DNA of 59,166 nt, the filler included, from Sphacelaria rigidula (taxonomy: Eukaryota): NCBI GenBank assembly GCA_964200075.2. It is 2 parts of 2 records of this genome, joined end to end, with 100 filler letters (N's around TTAATTAATTAA, not from the genome) between each part and the next. Parts side by side here need not be neighbours in the genome. Positions count along the whole stretch, not along the records: positions 29,644 to 59,166 come from CAXNAA020000078.1; 1 more part is not named here. One strand, written 5' to 3'. Position numbers and translations under genes: made by a program. The notes under the pieces are model-generated. The model saw nothing but the letters and a program-made list of their open reading frames with translations, ran no database searches and had not been told where the DNA came from. This document shows, piece by piece, positions 36,601 to 49,800 of this stretch (the stretch's first letter is position 1; the number at the start of each line of letters is the position of its first letter).

Positions 36601-39600
36601 CTCAATAAATGAGCCTGAGAACATGTGGGGATCGCAATTCATCCGATCGTGACGTTGTACTCAGCTGCAATCTATTTATACTTACTGCTGGCAGAGAGAT
36701 GGTGGCACTGTGGGCGTTAGCTGATGTCGCCTTGGTGACAAGCCTACGCGAAGGGGTGAACCTGGGAGCGATGGAGTTTGTGGCCTGCCAGCAGAGTTCG
36801 ATGCACGGTGTTCTACTCTACAGGTGACTCGATAGGGATGCATACCATCAAATCGGTTGGGGATGGATGTGACTATCGGTCGATAAGGGCCGGAGAGTCC
36901 CAGCGTGTTGGGTAGCTACTCGAAGGTCCATTACCATGAAAAACCGCTGGATCTTGCCAGTTACGCGATGCCAAGCAGCTTGCCATCCACCTACTTGACG
37001 TCGCGTGGGTACCTCTGAAGCTGCAAAAAGGCGTCGTCCTTCGAACCCGGTTTACCTTCTTAACCGTGCACGTGTTCGCTCACTCATTGTTGGGCCGCCC
37101 GATGGGGGGATGTCTGCAGCGATTTTGCTGGCTGCGCAACTTCTTTTAAAGGAGCAGTGCTGGTGAATCCGTACGACCCGGACAGCGTGGCGGAGTCGAT
37201 CCACACAGCCATCACCATGCCGGTACGTATGTGCAGGCGTGTTTGACGACCCAAGTCATGCACGAGAGTTTGTAAATCCAAGTAATGTACAAGAATGATG
37301 TTTTCGTATATCTTGCGGAAGGCGTTGATGGAATAGGCTTGCCGAAGACGCTGGAGCCAGGTTAGGTATTGTGCTGTTCTCCTTTGCTGTGTTGATTAGC
37401 ATAGTAAAAGTAGTATGCAGTGATCGATTTTATGAGTGATGAACAGTGTACGAAACGTGTGTGATGCTAGGTGCTCCAGGTGTTCAACAGAGGACGAAAT
37501 GTTGATGATGGTAGATGCTGGGATAAGGGCTCGCATTACTCGCAGCCTTACCATTGTTTCTTCATTATCCTGATATAAGTTTCACTTCATCTGTTTCCTC
37601 AGGTGATGACGAAAAAGATCAAGCATCACCAGCTGTCGCGGTATGTCAATCACTACACCAGCCATCTCTGGGCGAGGAGGATCGTAACGTCATTGCTTCA
37701 CGCAGGGCAAAAAGCACGCGAGTACAACCGGTTGCAGAAGCTAGACACTGGGTACCTGCAGGTAATTCTCGCCTCGTTGCTCCGGCAAAACGATGTAGTC
37801 GTATTTGAAGACTGTTCTTCATCATTATTCACTGCGCTTATGGCGTTTGCTCTGTAAGTCAACGCTTGCGTGGGAGCGACGGATAAGGAAAATGATGGTG
37901 ATTCCGGGTCCGTGTTTCCTACGTCCTTGGTTGAGCTAAACAAAGCCTGATGCATCATACTGCACGCGGGTCCCACCATGCACGTGCATCTGAATGCAAT
38001 AAATTTTTGGATTATTAATCCACCTGACTTTTATCTTCGCCTTGAAACCCTCTTCTCGCTCGAGCTAGTCCAAAACGATATCTAAGAGTCTCATCCGGGA
38101 ATACTACGCTTTCGCAGTCTTTTTACGGCCGAAGTAGGCGGCGGCTCCTGGTATTTGACTACGATGGGACTCTCGTGGCGCACCATTCACTAGCCCAGCT
38201 GTCCAAGCCGCCCCCACCCCTGCTTCATGTGCTGGAGGCATTGTGTGAGGTAAGAGGTCTCGGGTTCTTGACTGTCATGGAGTCGTTTTGGGCGCACACC
38301 ATCGTTTCAGTGCTCCTTTCCCAGTTGATCATCGGAGATACCGGGATACCTTTTGTATCCATGCCACCGATATCGCACGTTGTGGATTCATAAGCCGGGT
38401 TCAAGCTGTACTCGGCAACATGGCTGGCACCACTGCAGGTACCGACGGTGTCCTGAGTGCGAATGTAGTGGAAGTGAGTACTGCACTATCCTGCTCTATT
38501 GAAAATGGCTCAAGTAAGACTCTCCTCGGCGGGTGTTTGTATCGTGTACTTTTACTGTCGTTGCTGTACTAATTGTGCCTATTGTGATACACAGCAAATA
38601 TCATTTTTCGGTCCTCACCACATCCATCGGCATTCCACTCCTTCCAGCACCGTTGCAGCGAGCACGACTTACTCGCTTTTCGCACCCGGTGCGCCATCTT
38701 ACCTGGCTACTCCGATGTTGTTGGTTAACTCTTCCACCCGGGAGTCAATATTTTTCTTTACACTCGGTTTAGTCACAAAGGGTGGTAGTGGTACCGTGAT
38801 TTGTTCACGGCTCGGACGTATCATCGCCGGTTCGAAACACCAAATCCACGATTTCTTACTTGGGCCCGCATGCTCGAAAAAGAAAAGAGAGTCGACCGCT
38901 GGCCAAGCAGGTCTCCACGCAAATTTTGCGCCATTTCATGTGCCTGGGCTGCGCGTACCTGGGTTGCAACTCTGAAAACAAAGCCTCAGGACTGATTCGT
39001 AGAGTACAAATCAATCACTAAAATCAAGTAATTTCCGGATGAATCATTAATTCGTCCGACCCTTGGTTTTGTTATCGAAAAAAGTGAGCGATGAAGGGAT
39101 GTAATCCTGACAAGATAAATTGACTGATATCCGCTGCTTTGCCGCATGCGAGTATCCCACTTTCGCGCTGAAGACGTGCTTTTACGTTGATAACTTCTTT
39201 TATTTCAACAACAGGACGTGGCGAATGTTGTGTACGTCATCTCCGGCAGGAGGAAGTCGGAGCTGGAGGATTGGCTCGGTGGTGTGCCCAGGTCTGTGCG
39301 GAGCAAGTGCCAGTACTGCATGCCCTGAGCGTGTTGTTTGTTCTAGGGACTGTCGGAAGAGTTGATATCGCGGTGCTCCTGCAGGGCGCTCGCTGTTCCT
39401 TTGTCATATGGGCCGTCTGATTTCGCTCCTGCGACCTGTGCATCGGTTTCAACCGCCAGGAAGTTGGGGAAAAGTACAAACAACGAACACCACGTATCAA
39501 TATTGGAGGGGGATACCGTTTGCTTTGGTTTCGTGAGCACAAATGTCTGACCCGGGCGAAAAATGGCACATGAAAACTGCATGAACGTAAGGTAAAACTT

Positions 39601-42600
39601 GACTACTCTTGTCGCTGGCGTGTATAATTTTGCATCCGCGGTCGACCAGGTTGGGCCTGATCGCAGAGCACGGATACTGGGTGAAGCCAGCAGGTGCGCA
39701 TCGAACGCACTCGTCGAGAGATGTCGCGAGCACAGGGTGGGATGAACCAACAGCAAGCGGGTATACCGAGACTGAAGAATGGGGCGGAGAGTTGGGTGGA
39801 CTTCACCAACCCAGTGGGAGCTTTGTGGAGAGTCGAGGAAGCGAAACGAGCACTCCGGTGGGCATGCACCCACCGGCGCGCTACCGGAGCCGTGGCCACG
39901 GCAGGGCAAGACAATTTTCCGCGACGGGTCCGCCTTCTCCGGATGGGTCGCCCTTGCCCCAAATGAGTGATGGAACTAGAGAGAATGTGGGTGCGTCGGA
40001 GTGGATCCGCCGCAGCCATAATGCAGACCTCAGCTGGCGGAGCGAGGTTCTTGCAATTCTGCAGAACTTCACAAGTCGCACTCCAGGTTCCTTTCTCGAG
40101 CTCAAGGACAGGTGACCTGAAGTGATGTAGGCCGTAGCATTCCAACATTAACACCAGGTCTCTCACAGTCTCGTACAGTTGTGACGCTATACAATAGCAA
40201 TACTTGAGAATGTAAATACGATGTGCGATGACATTTGGACCTGAGTGGACGAGCCAGGAGACAAAACAAATAGTGTGCTGAGCACGTTACTCATGAGGGA
40301 CTAGTGGGCTAGTAGGCGGTCATGGCCCCTGCTTTTCGACACGCACGTGAGTCAATGATTTGTCCGTGCACGCATTTATGCTTGCGGTATTGTTACCGTA
40401 CCCTTTTATTGTACTTTGCCTTTTTCGCCATATTTTGGGTGTCTTTATGCGGTGTCGGGGTCATGGTTGATGTAGTGGATGTTTCGCTACGGTACTCTTC
40501 ATGTTTACATATATGCACGCTACGACTGCTGGTACCCGCCATACAGTACGACTGTTACTATTACTATACGACGCACGTACTGACGTCACAACCAAACCCC
40601 CACAATTCCGCCCGCACGAGCTCCGCGTACACACGTGACATGACGCGCGAAACCCCGCCCACACCCACCCTGCACGCGCCTACTCCACACCCCTGACCTC
40701 TCACCACACCATGCGACCTTCGTAAGCGCATCGTGTAGCGCCAAGCACTTGAAGCTGGTGTAGCTTTCATGTTCATGAGTCGACATTATTTTTCATTTCT
40801 CGAGCGCGTTATTCCAGGAGATTTATATTCCGTTAGAGATGGGTTGATCCCACGAGACGACGCACTCATTCTGAGGATGAGGAGGGGATACATGTTTGAC
40901 GATATAGTGATGATTCATCCTCTGTTTTGCATTCATGTCTTTTCAATCGTTGCAGACTCTCACATATTCGTGTACGCAGTGTCATCAAAATGATGGACGT
41001 AATGAAGTACACGCCATGATGTAGGTATACAAGAAGGTGCTATCGACAACAGAAGACCAGGTGAGCATTGCCATCAATTTTAACGAGGTGAGCTGATTTT
41101 CCATTACAACGAGGAAGACGATACTTGCAGGTTGTCTTGCAAGTATGATCCTGTAGTTTCAGACGGTAAGCGAATTGTATCATGTCCGCCTGTAATATAC
41201 ATTTGCATCTTCGTGCTCATGTCATGTTCACGGCCGAAGTCGACACTCAGCACATCTGCTTCGCGTGTGTGGTGCATGATGATACTTGTGCTAGGAACTC
41301 TGGCAATGAGAGGGTCATGTGAAGAGCGCCTGAAAACTACTGGTGCACGATAGCCGATGCTTTACCATGCAAAACAAAGCACTATGGTGGCTAGTGTTCG
41401 TTTTGAAAAAATCACGCGTAGAGAACTCTGTTGTGCAGAATGTACCAACGTGTACTTAGCTCGTGTTTCTTCTTTTGTACGTCTTGCGCATACTTTGCTC
41501 ATTGCACTACAAAAGCTGAGACGCTGACGTTCCAACAGCAGCAAATTCTTCCAGTCAGTCGACGTGGGAGGTGTCTTTCGCAGCCGTCTTCGATGACTTC
41601 CACTCTGCCCCTCGTTTTTAAGTATGAGACCTGTGTTGACAGTTGATGTATTTTTCATGCCGGGCATGTTTCTCCTGGAGACACATACTGCACCTCGCTG
41701 TACACAAGTGATGTGTTTTTTGGTATCCACAAATGTTGTTTCCGGAACAAAACGTTGACCTTCGTGCTGATGTGTAAGATCTGAGGTTCACGTTCGCAGC
41801 TCAGCTGTCGTGTAAGGTGTATTCGACGGCTGACATGATGTGTGGGGTGACTATCCACCCCTTGACTAACGTATAAGTGTTTGTACATAGCTGAGCAGTT
41901 GAGGTGATATGAGAGGTGAGTGTTCACAATACGGAATATATTTCTCTCTTGTTTAGCCGCGATCGACCAACACACCTCTCGCGCGTGATTTTCATCCTGT
42001 ATCCAGAACCCACCCGTATTTTCATGTTTTAACGGCCGCCCAATCTTTCGTTTACATGGCCTAAAAAAACGCTGATTTTGAATGGCAGTTCATGAGCACC
42101 GTTAATTATCTGTATGCTTGGGCCATACCATCCTACTCGAACTCTCTTGTACAGTACGGTTGACATATATGATATATTCCTCTGCCTGTGAGTGGTAGCT
42201 GTAGTCGTTCATGATCGTTCACCTCGCTTTTTCTTTTGGAAAGTTTTCCCATTACAATATGTCCCGGCTCCTCACTGTCTGTGCTCGGTGTGTACGCATG
42301 CATTCATGCTCCCAACACTCGACACCACTGCACTCGTCCCAAAAGCGTGGGGTATTTACTACTCGGTCCTTCCTTCTTGATTCTTGATTTGCTTATCACC
42401 CTTTGGCTACCCGAGATGATGATATGTCAAATCGATGTCATGTCCACTTGAAAAATGACTGATACTCTGGTCTCCATCAATGGGCGCTAAAATGATTCGC
42501 AAGAAGTGCAGGAAACCATTGTGATGAGGATCACCACATAGCATTGTAATTACAAAAGGATACGTCAGGCTGGGCAGGTGCTGCGAATGACAACTGTAGG

Positions 42601-43974
42601 TTGCACCTGCTGAAAATCCATCCTGTTCTACCTGCTGATGGCCCTTACGACTTTCCGTTCCGCTACTGTTTGTTTCGGTGGCGGCAGTGGACTAACGTGG
42701 CACTTCCAAGATACTGATCCAGACTTCGGACAGACACAGGCGAAGAACCTACAGCTTCACTTCGAGCAAATGTTGGCGGTAAGCGCCTATCTGCGTCGTT
42801 GAACCATCGCACTGCACTGCAAGTACGCGTTCACCGCGTAGTACATTCTCTGTCGCATCTGTTGTGCCGGAAATCGAGGGCAGTGAGAGCACCAACAAAC
42901 GAGATGTGTCGCGATGCATGCAAACCCTTGTCTAACGTGTGCTTCGCTATTTCGACAGAACGAACGCGTACGAGTCGTGATGGCTCCCCGAAAGAAGTAC
43001 ATCGTGATCCAGCCTTCACGCATCAACAAGGGCAAGGCGTTGCTCACTATTCTGCACGAGGATGTTCCTGGGTTTGATCTTATTTTGGGTGTCGGGGACG
43101 AACGAACAGACGAAGCAATGTGAGCAATGTGTACTCAAATAGGATCACCGATCACCTTTCCAGATGTTGATTGTGCAGGTTCCGTCCTCAACTCGTGACA
43201 TTTTTTCAGTTTCATCCGCGCATCTCATCCCTGGAAGAAATCAGGGTCGGGTGCTGCAATTCTCTGCACATCAGTTGTAGTTCAAGCGATCCTCGTGGGG
43301 CATTGGACATTTTCGGTGTGGGTGCTTCCTGTTGCACGGCAGCAAGACGGTTGTGGCTTGTACTCGGCTTTTTTCTTGGTTGCATCTACGCACTGTGGGT
43401 TCCAGTAGAAACGTTTTCCCTGCCCACGGTGAGAAGGAAGTTTGAACGCGCTGTTATGGCAGGTTTGATGTTTTGCAAGGCAGCCAGTGCTTCACTTGCA
43501 CCGTTGGGACGAAGATCAGCAAGGCACAGTACTACCTAGAGGACACAGACGCCGTGGTCAACATGTTGCAGGTGTGTGGAAGCACCAAAGCAATCGTATC
43601 ATTATTTTGAATGTGGACTCCGTGTTCTGTAGCCTGCCGGACTCTCGACAGGGTCAATGTTGAGTTGAAGATATATAGCAGCAGACCCCAAGAACACCAT
43701 ATGCCAGTCATTCCATGCTTCACTTATTTAAGCTGTATGCTTCGTTTTAAGTAGCCTCTTGGACTTCAACGATATGTTTCATGTGTCATCGACACGCTCG
43801 TTGCTACAGCACCTTGATCTTTTTCCCTTGCGCATGTTGCAACTAATTGGAGCGCAGGGTCTTGCTCATATGTCACAGCAAAAGCTAGCGAAGGACCGAG
43901 ATTCGAGGCGAAATGCTGATGGGTACATGGCGAGCCAGACTCCAAGACGAGGAGGGGCAATGGCGTCGCCCTAG
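30677..43974 (+). CDS. TPS: Trehalose-6-phosphate synthase/phosphatase fusion (GT20 + HAD TPP), 22 exons, ~966 aa
   Basis: Phase-consistent GT-AG exons: 30677-30777, 31360-31485, 31663-31801, 32118-32179, 32788-32899, 33021-33134, 33389-33560, 33848-33962, 34441-34557, 35120-35204, 36003-36115, 36319-36423, 36695-36823, 37120-37222, 37603-37761, 38118-38249, 39215-39291, 39650-40111, 42688-42778, 42959-43119, 43463-43571, 43858-43974. GT20 motifs: SVGGFKSA, WVSWPG, LWPLFH, VHDYDL, GFFLHCPFPS, IDRLDLCKGIP, SLREGVNL..MEF, VNPYD. TPP motifs: FDYDGTL, ISGR, AEHG, NKG, GDERTDE. The first exon and start codon are less certain (alternative ATG at 31367). Confidence 0.95.
35312..35614 (-). mobile_element. 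tRNA-derived SINE, full-length copy, antisense in a TPS intron
   Basis: Minus strand: A-box-like CGATCTAACGG, 33-nt spacer, B-box GGTTCACTTCC, body homologous to 14151-14457, A tail. Confidence 0.72.
38806..39065 (+). mobile_element. hAT-like ~260-bp MITE, copy 2 (TPS intron)
   Basis: TIR CACGGCTCGGACG / CGTCCGACCCTTG; TSD GATTTGTT / GTTTTGTT. Confidence 0.88.
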
Positions 43975-44373
43975 GTCTTGCATCGGTGGACGACATTCAT
44001 TTGGTTGACTGTACGAATGCTGATTGTTTTGTGAATTTGCACCTATAATACTTCATTATGTGGTGATGTGATTTCGTAGCAGCCGTGTCGAAGACTAGCA
44101 AGTATGGCTTGTAGCCTTGAATATGCAGAGTTTTCGTCTTCCCTGGTTTGGAGATTGACCCTTTGGATGCACGCGTGCAATATTCAGCTGTATTTGTAGA
44201 TATGTAATGTGTTGAGAAACGTGCACTTCGTGAGGTGTCCGATTGCAGGTAGCCGCGATACCCTTGAGATATCGCTTGCAATTTCAGCCGGATGCAAGGT
44301 AATTGTCACTACTACCCACCCAGGTCATGTAAACTTTGACTATTAGTCAGAGGTGAAGCTCCTACATTGATTC

Positions 44374-45485
44374 CACGGTTGGGATAAATCACGAGTTATA
44401 CGAGTTCACTCCTCCTGACATGGCAGGCGTCAACCTGTATTCAACAGTTCATCCCGCATGCACCCAAAGGTGAACAACATATGCAGTGCAGTCATCTCAA
44501 CCACATACAGATCTGGGAGATGAGTACGACTGATGCAAGGCCCATGCCATAGGAGGATTCAACGATGTGCCGCCGCTTCGTCCCGTACGACTCAAACGTA
44601 TGGCATGGATGTAAATGCCATTCACGCCTCATGGCAAGTGTGGGTGGCATGTCCAATCGGTTCATTCCGCATTTTTTACAGGGGATTAGTGTGTGTCCAT
44701 GATCCACCCCTATTACCTGAAGATAGGAACCAGGTACCGTTGGCGGTGTACTGCACGACACAAGAGCTCAAAACCTGTACGAATTGTAAATGATGCACGC
44801 GAATCGCATGATTTATTCGTTGAAATGAGTTACATGAGTTGAATCACGATGTACGATATATTTTTATTTTATTTCGCCCTAACCGTGGTTGTTTCTAACC
44901 ATTTTTCTCTCTACAATAATTCGGACAAAGTTTGCGTCTGTTGCACCCTCACAAATGAGCGGTTTGAGTTTGACGACGAATGTACTGTCGTGAACACCCG
45001 AGCTCAGCTTTGCACGGTTGGGACGAGTCACGATTTATACGAGCTCACTCCTCATGACATGACTGGAGTCAACCTGTATTCAACAGTTCATCCCGCATGC
45101 ACCCAAAGGTGAACAACATATGCAGTGCAGTCATCTCAACCACAGACAGATTCGAAGAGAAGTACGACTGATGCAAGGCCCATGCCATTGGAGGATTCAA
45201 CGATGTGCCGACTCTTCGTCCCGTACGACTCACGCATGGCATGGATGTACATGTCTGTCACACCTCATAGGCAAGTGTGGGTGGCATGTCCAATCGGTTT
45301 ATTCCGCATTTTACGGGGGATTAGAATGTGTCCATGATCTACCCCTATGAGCTGAAGATAGTAACCAGGTACCGTTGGCGGTGTACTGCACGACACAAGA
45401 GCTCAAAACCTGTACGAACTACAAATGATGTACGCGAATCGCATGATTTATTCGTTGAAATGAGTCACATAAGTTGTGTCACGAT
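44374..45485 (+). repeat. Direct duplication of ~475 bp (44374-44850 and 45013-45485)
   Basis: Near-identical blocks, e.g. GTCAACCTGTATTCAACAGTTCATCCCGCATGCACCCAAAGGTGAACAACATATGCAGTGCAGTCATCTCAACCAC in both; ~160-bp spacer. Confidence 0.93.
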
Positions 45486-46137
45486 TTTGTTTGTCCTATC
45501 CGTGATTGATTCACATCCCCAACGCTTCCTTCATCTGTGCTGACAATATAGAAATACTCTTCTTTCCCACAAGGGTCGTACTAGATAACGATTGGTGGAA
45601 ACCAATGCTCTTCATCGGAAATCTCATGGGATGGTGGTTGGAAGGGGACGTCATGACTCGTCCCGTCGCATCCCGATGCATTCCCGAATATCTCTACCAT
45701 CCCGTCGTGAATTCAGGGTCGCAATTCCCATCTCATACTGCCTGGTTGTTTTCTTCACGTAACGGGACGAGTACTCGTCCATCCCGACCACTATAATTGC
45801 TGTGTTCCCCGTAGAATTTCTACGGGAAACAATGAGAATTCATGTGCAAGTTGTAAGTGTACCAAATGCGACACTTCCTCACAACAATCGAAGTCTGTGT
45901 TCAGGTACACACTTTCCAGTCCTCAAGTACAGTGCCGGGATGGCCCGTGGCGGTGAAAATGAGCACAAGTCGAGAACCGGAGACGTGCGGTGCAGCCGAG
46001 AAGCCCGATTATGGTCGTCCAAGTTGACGAAGGGTGTAGGCTTGTTCGGTACTTGATTGATTTGTCAAAATTGTTGAAACTGGTGCTCTTGTTGGTGTGT
46101 GCTTCGTGCGTCGAGGAAGTGGTGCCTCCAATTTATT

Positions 46138-46393
46138 CAAGGGTAGGATGAAAAATGATTCGTCTGAAAACTACTTGGTTTTAGTATTGTGAGTCGACTC
46201 GTGACGAATCAATCGCTAGGCTTCACTTCAGCGTTGCAACCCAGGTACACGTAGCACGGAAACGTGGGATGGCGCAAAAGTTGCGTTGATACCCCTTGGA
46301 CCAGGGATTAACTTTTTTCTCCCTTTTGGGCAATCACGCCGAAGCAATCGTAAATTTGGTGATTGTGAGTCGTGATGATTTGTCCTGACCGTG
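46138..46393 (-). mobile_element. hAT-like ~260-bp MITE, copy 3 (inverted, more diverged)
   Basis: CAAGGGTAGGATGAA ... TTTGTCCTGACCGTG; TSD AATTTATT / AAAGTATT; interior is the reverse complement of the other copies. Confidence 0.75.
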
Positions 46394-46810
46394 AAAGTAT
46401 TTCGGACATTTTGGTCTCAAGGCGTTTTTCTCGTGGTGTCGGTACGCACATTTCTACGGGAGCGGGACAGATGATACAATTCCTGGGAGAGCGCGAAGTG
46501 ACGCGACGCGGTAGAGTGTCACGGGACGAGGCTTATTCGTCACGTAAAGATGGGACCATCCTATCCCGTTCCGTTCCGTTGTTTTTCCAGGCAGCCTTGG
46601 AAAACCCTGGTATAATGAACCAGAGCCTGGAAAGGCCCTCATGGATCGTCTTCAGCTGCGGCACAACGTATTCTGACTGAGGATAGACCTGTATTTCAAT
46701 TCAACCCTTTGATGGCAGAGGGGTGTATTCATTCGTAACAACACGATGTTTTACAGTTATACTCGATAATGACTGTCGGAGTCGGTGTCCATATGCGGGG
46801 AATTAGAGGG

Positions 46811-49800
46811 TCAAGCTCTATCACTCGCTTTCGAACTCCCTATTCCGAAGACGACTTTGGATCGCCACTCGCTTTTGTCCAAACGTGTATCAACTTGCTG
46901 AGCTCTCTTCTGCGCCGCGGCAGCGAAATCCGGTACCAACGAAATTTGCTTTTTCGAAACAGAAACAGAGCCATCAGCACTGGATCCGGCTCCAGCTTTC
47001 CTTGCCTGAAGCTTCTCTTTCCACGAAAGTCTTTTCCCCTGGCCACTCGATGATAACAGACTTGGGTTAATGACGTCGGCGTTGGCGTCCTGTGACGACA
47101 CTTGCTCATTGGGCTCCTCTGGCAATCGTGACTGTGTCGCGCTGTGTTCGACGCCCAGGCTACGAGGACGCAGGCCTGCAAATGCCTCAGATGATATCTC
47201 ACTGGCTTCTCCGTCTGTGTGTTGCGGGGGGCGTTCTGGGGGGGGTGGAACCGCCTCCACGGATGAAATAGGCGGAGATGTCAGCTCTGGAGCAAGGGGT
47301 TGTGGTGACGCTTGCACCGACCGTAGCCGCTTTATTCGTGTCCATGAAATCGTCTCCTCGTTCCCGTAATCGGTGTAGCGAACCTTGTACCTGAGCATTG
47401 CACGTTAAAGGCAAGGTCATACCTGTTTTGTGAGCATGGCTTGGATGAAGGGTGGATGAAGATCAACAAACACCACATAACTCATGACCAGACAGGGCTC
47501 ACCTCGCAATGTCAAACCCTGAATGAATGACTTGACCAATTACCGCCGAGTACCATTCATCATCAGCAGTGTAGCGCGCTTCCACCAGCTCTCCAGTCTA
47601 CCACACAAAAGAGGGGGGGTCAGGCGGGGCACCCGTTAGCGAAGGCTCGTACAGACTCAATATCATGTCCTTTGCACCCCTGAAAACACGCGAGTTCACC
47701 TGTCGGGAAAACGAGAGTCGATTGTATGACATAAAGAACGATTTTTACAGTGTTGACACACATAATGCGCATCACCATAGCTTCTCATCGGTTTCGAGAA
47801 CTACACGGGGTTACCATCTGTGTGAAACCAGCCCAAAGAGAAATCGGCTCTCCACGTTTCAGACAACGAAGCGGCATTTTTCGATTTTTGGGGTCTCCGT
47901 TGAGGCGTTTTTGCCTACTTCGAAGGAGTTATCTGAGTGGTGTGCTGACTGAAGAGCATCACACGTGGGTATGTTCCTCATAAGTGTTGAGGGACAAAAA
48001 GCTCTACAAGAAGACTTACATGGAGAAAATTGGAATAAATAAGTGAAATCACCACCTTCATTGATGTGGTGTACGCGTTCCCTGACCTGTCGATGTTGGC
48101 TCTCCAAGGGTGACAGAACACAGCGCCATCAGGCAGAGATCGATTATATTGAGCAAGTGTAGCACGATGACATCAGCGGCTACATGGTCGTTGTAAAGCT
48201 CTGAGCTGCCGCAGTACAATGCTGCGAAATGAAATCAAGACAGTTGGATATTATATGCATTTGGCAGCTTATGAAAGTTAACTAACCACAACTCACGTTT
48301 CTTCGGGTACAGGTACTCTTCCAAGCTGTACCCGTGAGCTTGATGCCGTTGCCGGTACTAATTTGTTCTGGGTGTACCGAGAAAATGGAAAATACCTCAG
48401 GTTCAAGTTGTTTCGAGACATTGCACGTCAGATTTTCAGTGACAAAAGACTAGACGCTGACAGATAAACGTCGATGCATTGAAAATACTTGAAAGCTTTC
48501 CCTTCATGTACCATCAAAGACAGGACCAAAATGTGCTTCACAATAAAACGAGACTCCGCCACTGCAGTCATAGAATTCATGTTTCTCATTCACAGTGAAC
48601 ACAAGCCAACCGAACGTGTACCTTGAGCGTCTTGAAAAGTGGTTGCTCTCCGTCAGTATGTTCGGGCAGCACTCGTTCCTCACTCTTCTCTCGCGCGGCA
48701 GCCCTGGGACGCTTCTTACGCTTGGGTTCTTCAATCTTCCCTGTCAACGCAAGACGCGCTCTCGCAGCCCCACCGATGACTCCAGCAGAGCCAAGTCTTC
48801 TTAATTGTTCACCGGAGTCTGGTTGCTGCGGAGTGATAACTGGCGCTGGTTGTGAACTAGATGTATCGCAAGAAACGGGAGGACCTGCTGGTGAAAATAT
48901 GGCATCATGGTGCTTCTGGGTAGATTCATCGACGCTTGTTATGCCTCCAATACCCTGGACCATCGCTGTCGAAGGTTTTCGGAGCTCGCCACCCAGCTGC
49001 ATGATATCCTCGTCTTCGACGGCACTGATTTCAGCCATCCGTGCTTCGAACTCTGGAGCTACCTGGTACATCCATAGTTCCACGTCATCAGCACAATTCA
49101 AATGGACAGGTTTTCAACAAGACAAGAACTTTCGCAGGGTTGAAGTGGGGGGAGAAATCACACGTTCGACTTTGGCCATCCGTGCTTCGTACTCGGGAAT
49201 CACGTGATACGTCCCTAGTTTTATTACACCAATAGCATAAACGTCTAAATGGGCGCGTTGGAAACAAGAAAACTGTCGTAGGGTTGAGGTGAGAAGTACG
49301 ACTAGTAACAAGCTTTCGGGATGAGTATATACGTGGTCGCCATCCGCACAAGATAGACGGAACAAATGGCCTCGACGCATTGCAACGAGGGTGCAAAGAA
49401 CAGCCAACTGCCATCTGGACATTGAGCTACATTCTTTCCAATAGGCCAGACACGTTCTTCCTTGTACATAATCAAGCAGTATTGAAGAAGACGGGTATGA
49501 AAGGCTTTGCGAACATGAGGTTAAGCTTTCCGATGAGATTAAACCCGAAACAATGCTTTCCCTAACCTGAACTCACAATGTCTCATGACTTTTTTGTCGA
49601 CCCAGTACACCTCGATCGCGTTGATACTTCTTGGGCAGCTATCATCGACTTTGTACGGTCACTGCGCGGAGCGAAAGTGCCATTTTGCCCCGATTCTGGG
49701 ATGGTGGATTTAGCAGCAAGGCGCTTTCGCTCATTCGGCGCACAATCCACGTGATCGAGCGGCATAAGTTCGATAGAGAAGTAATCGGGTATAACTAGTT

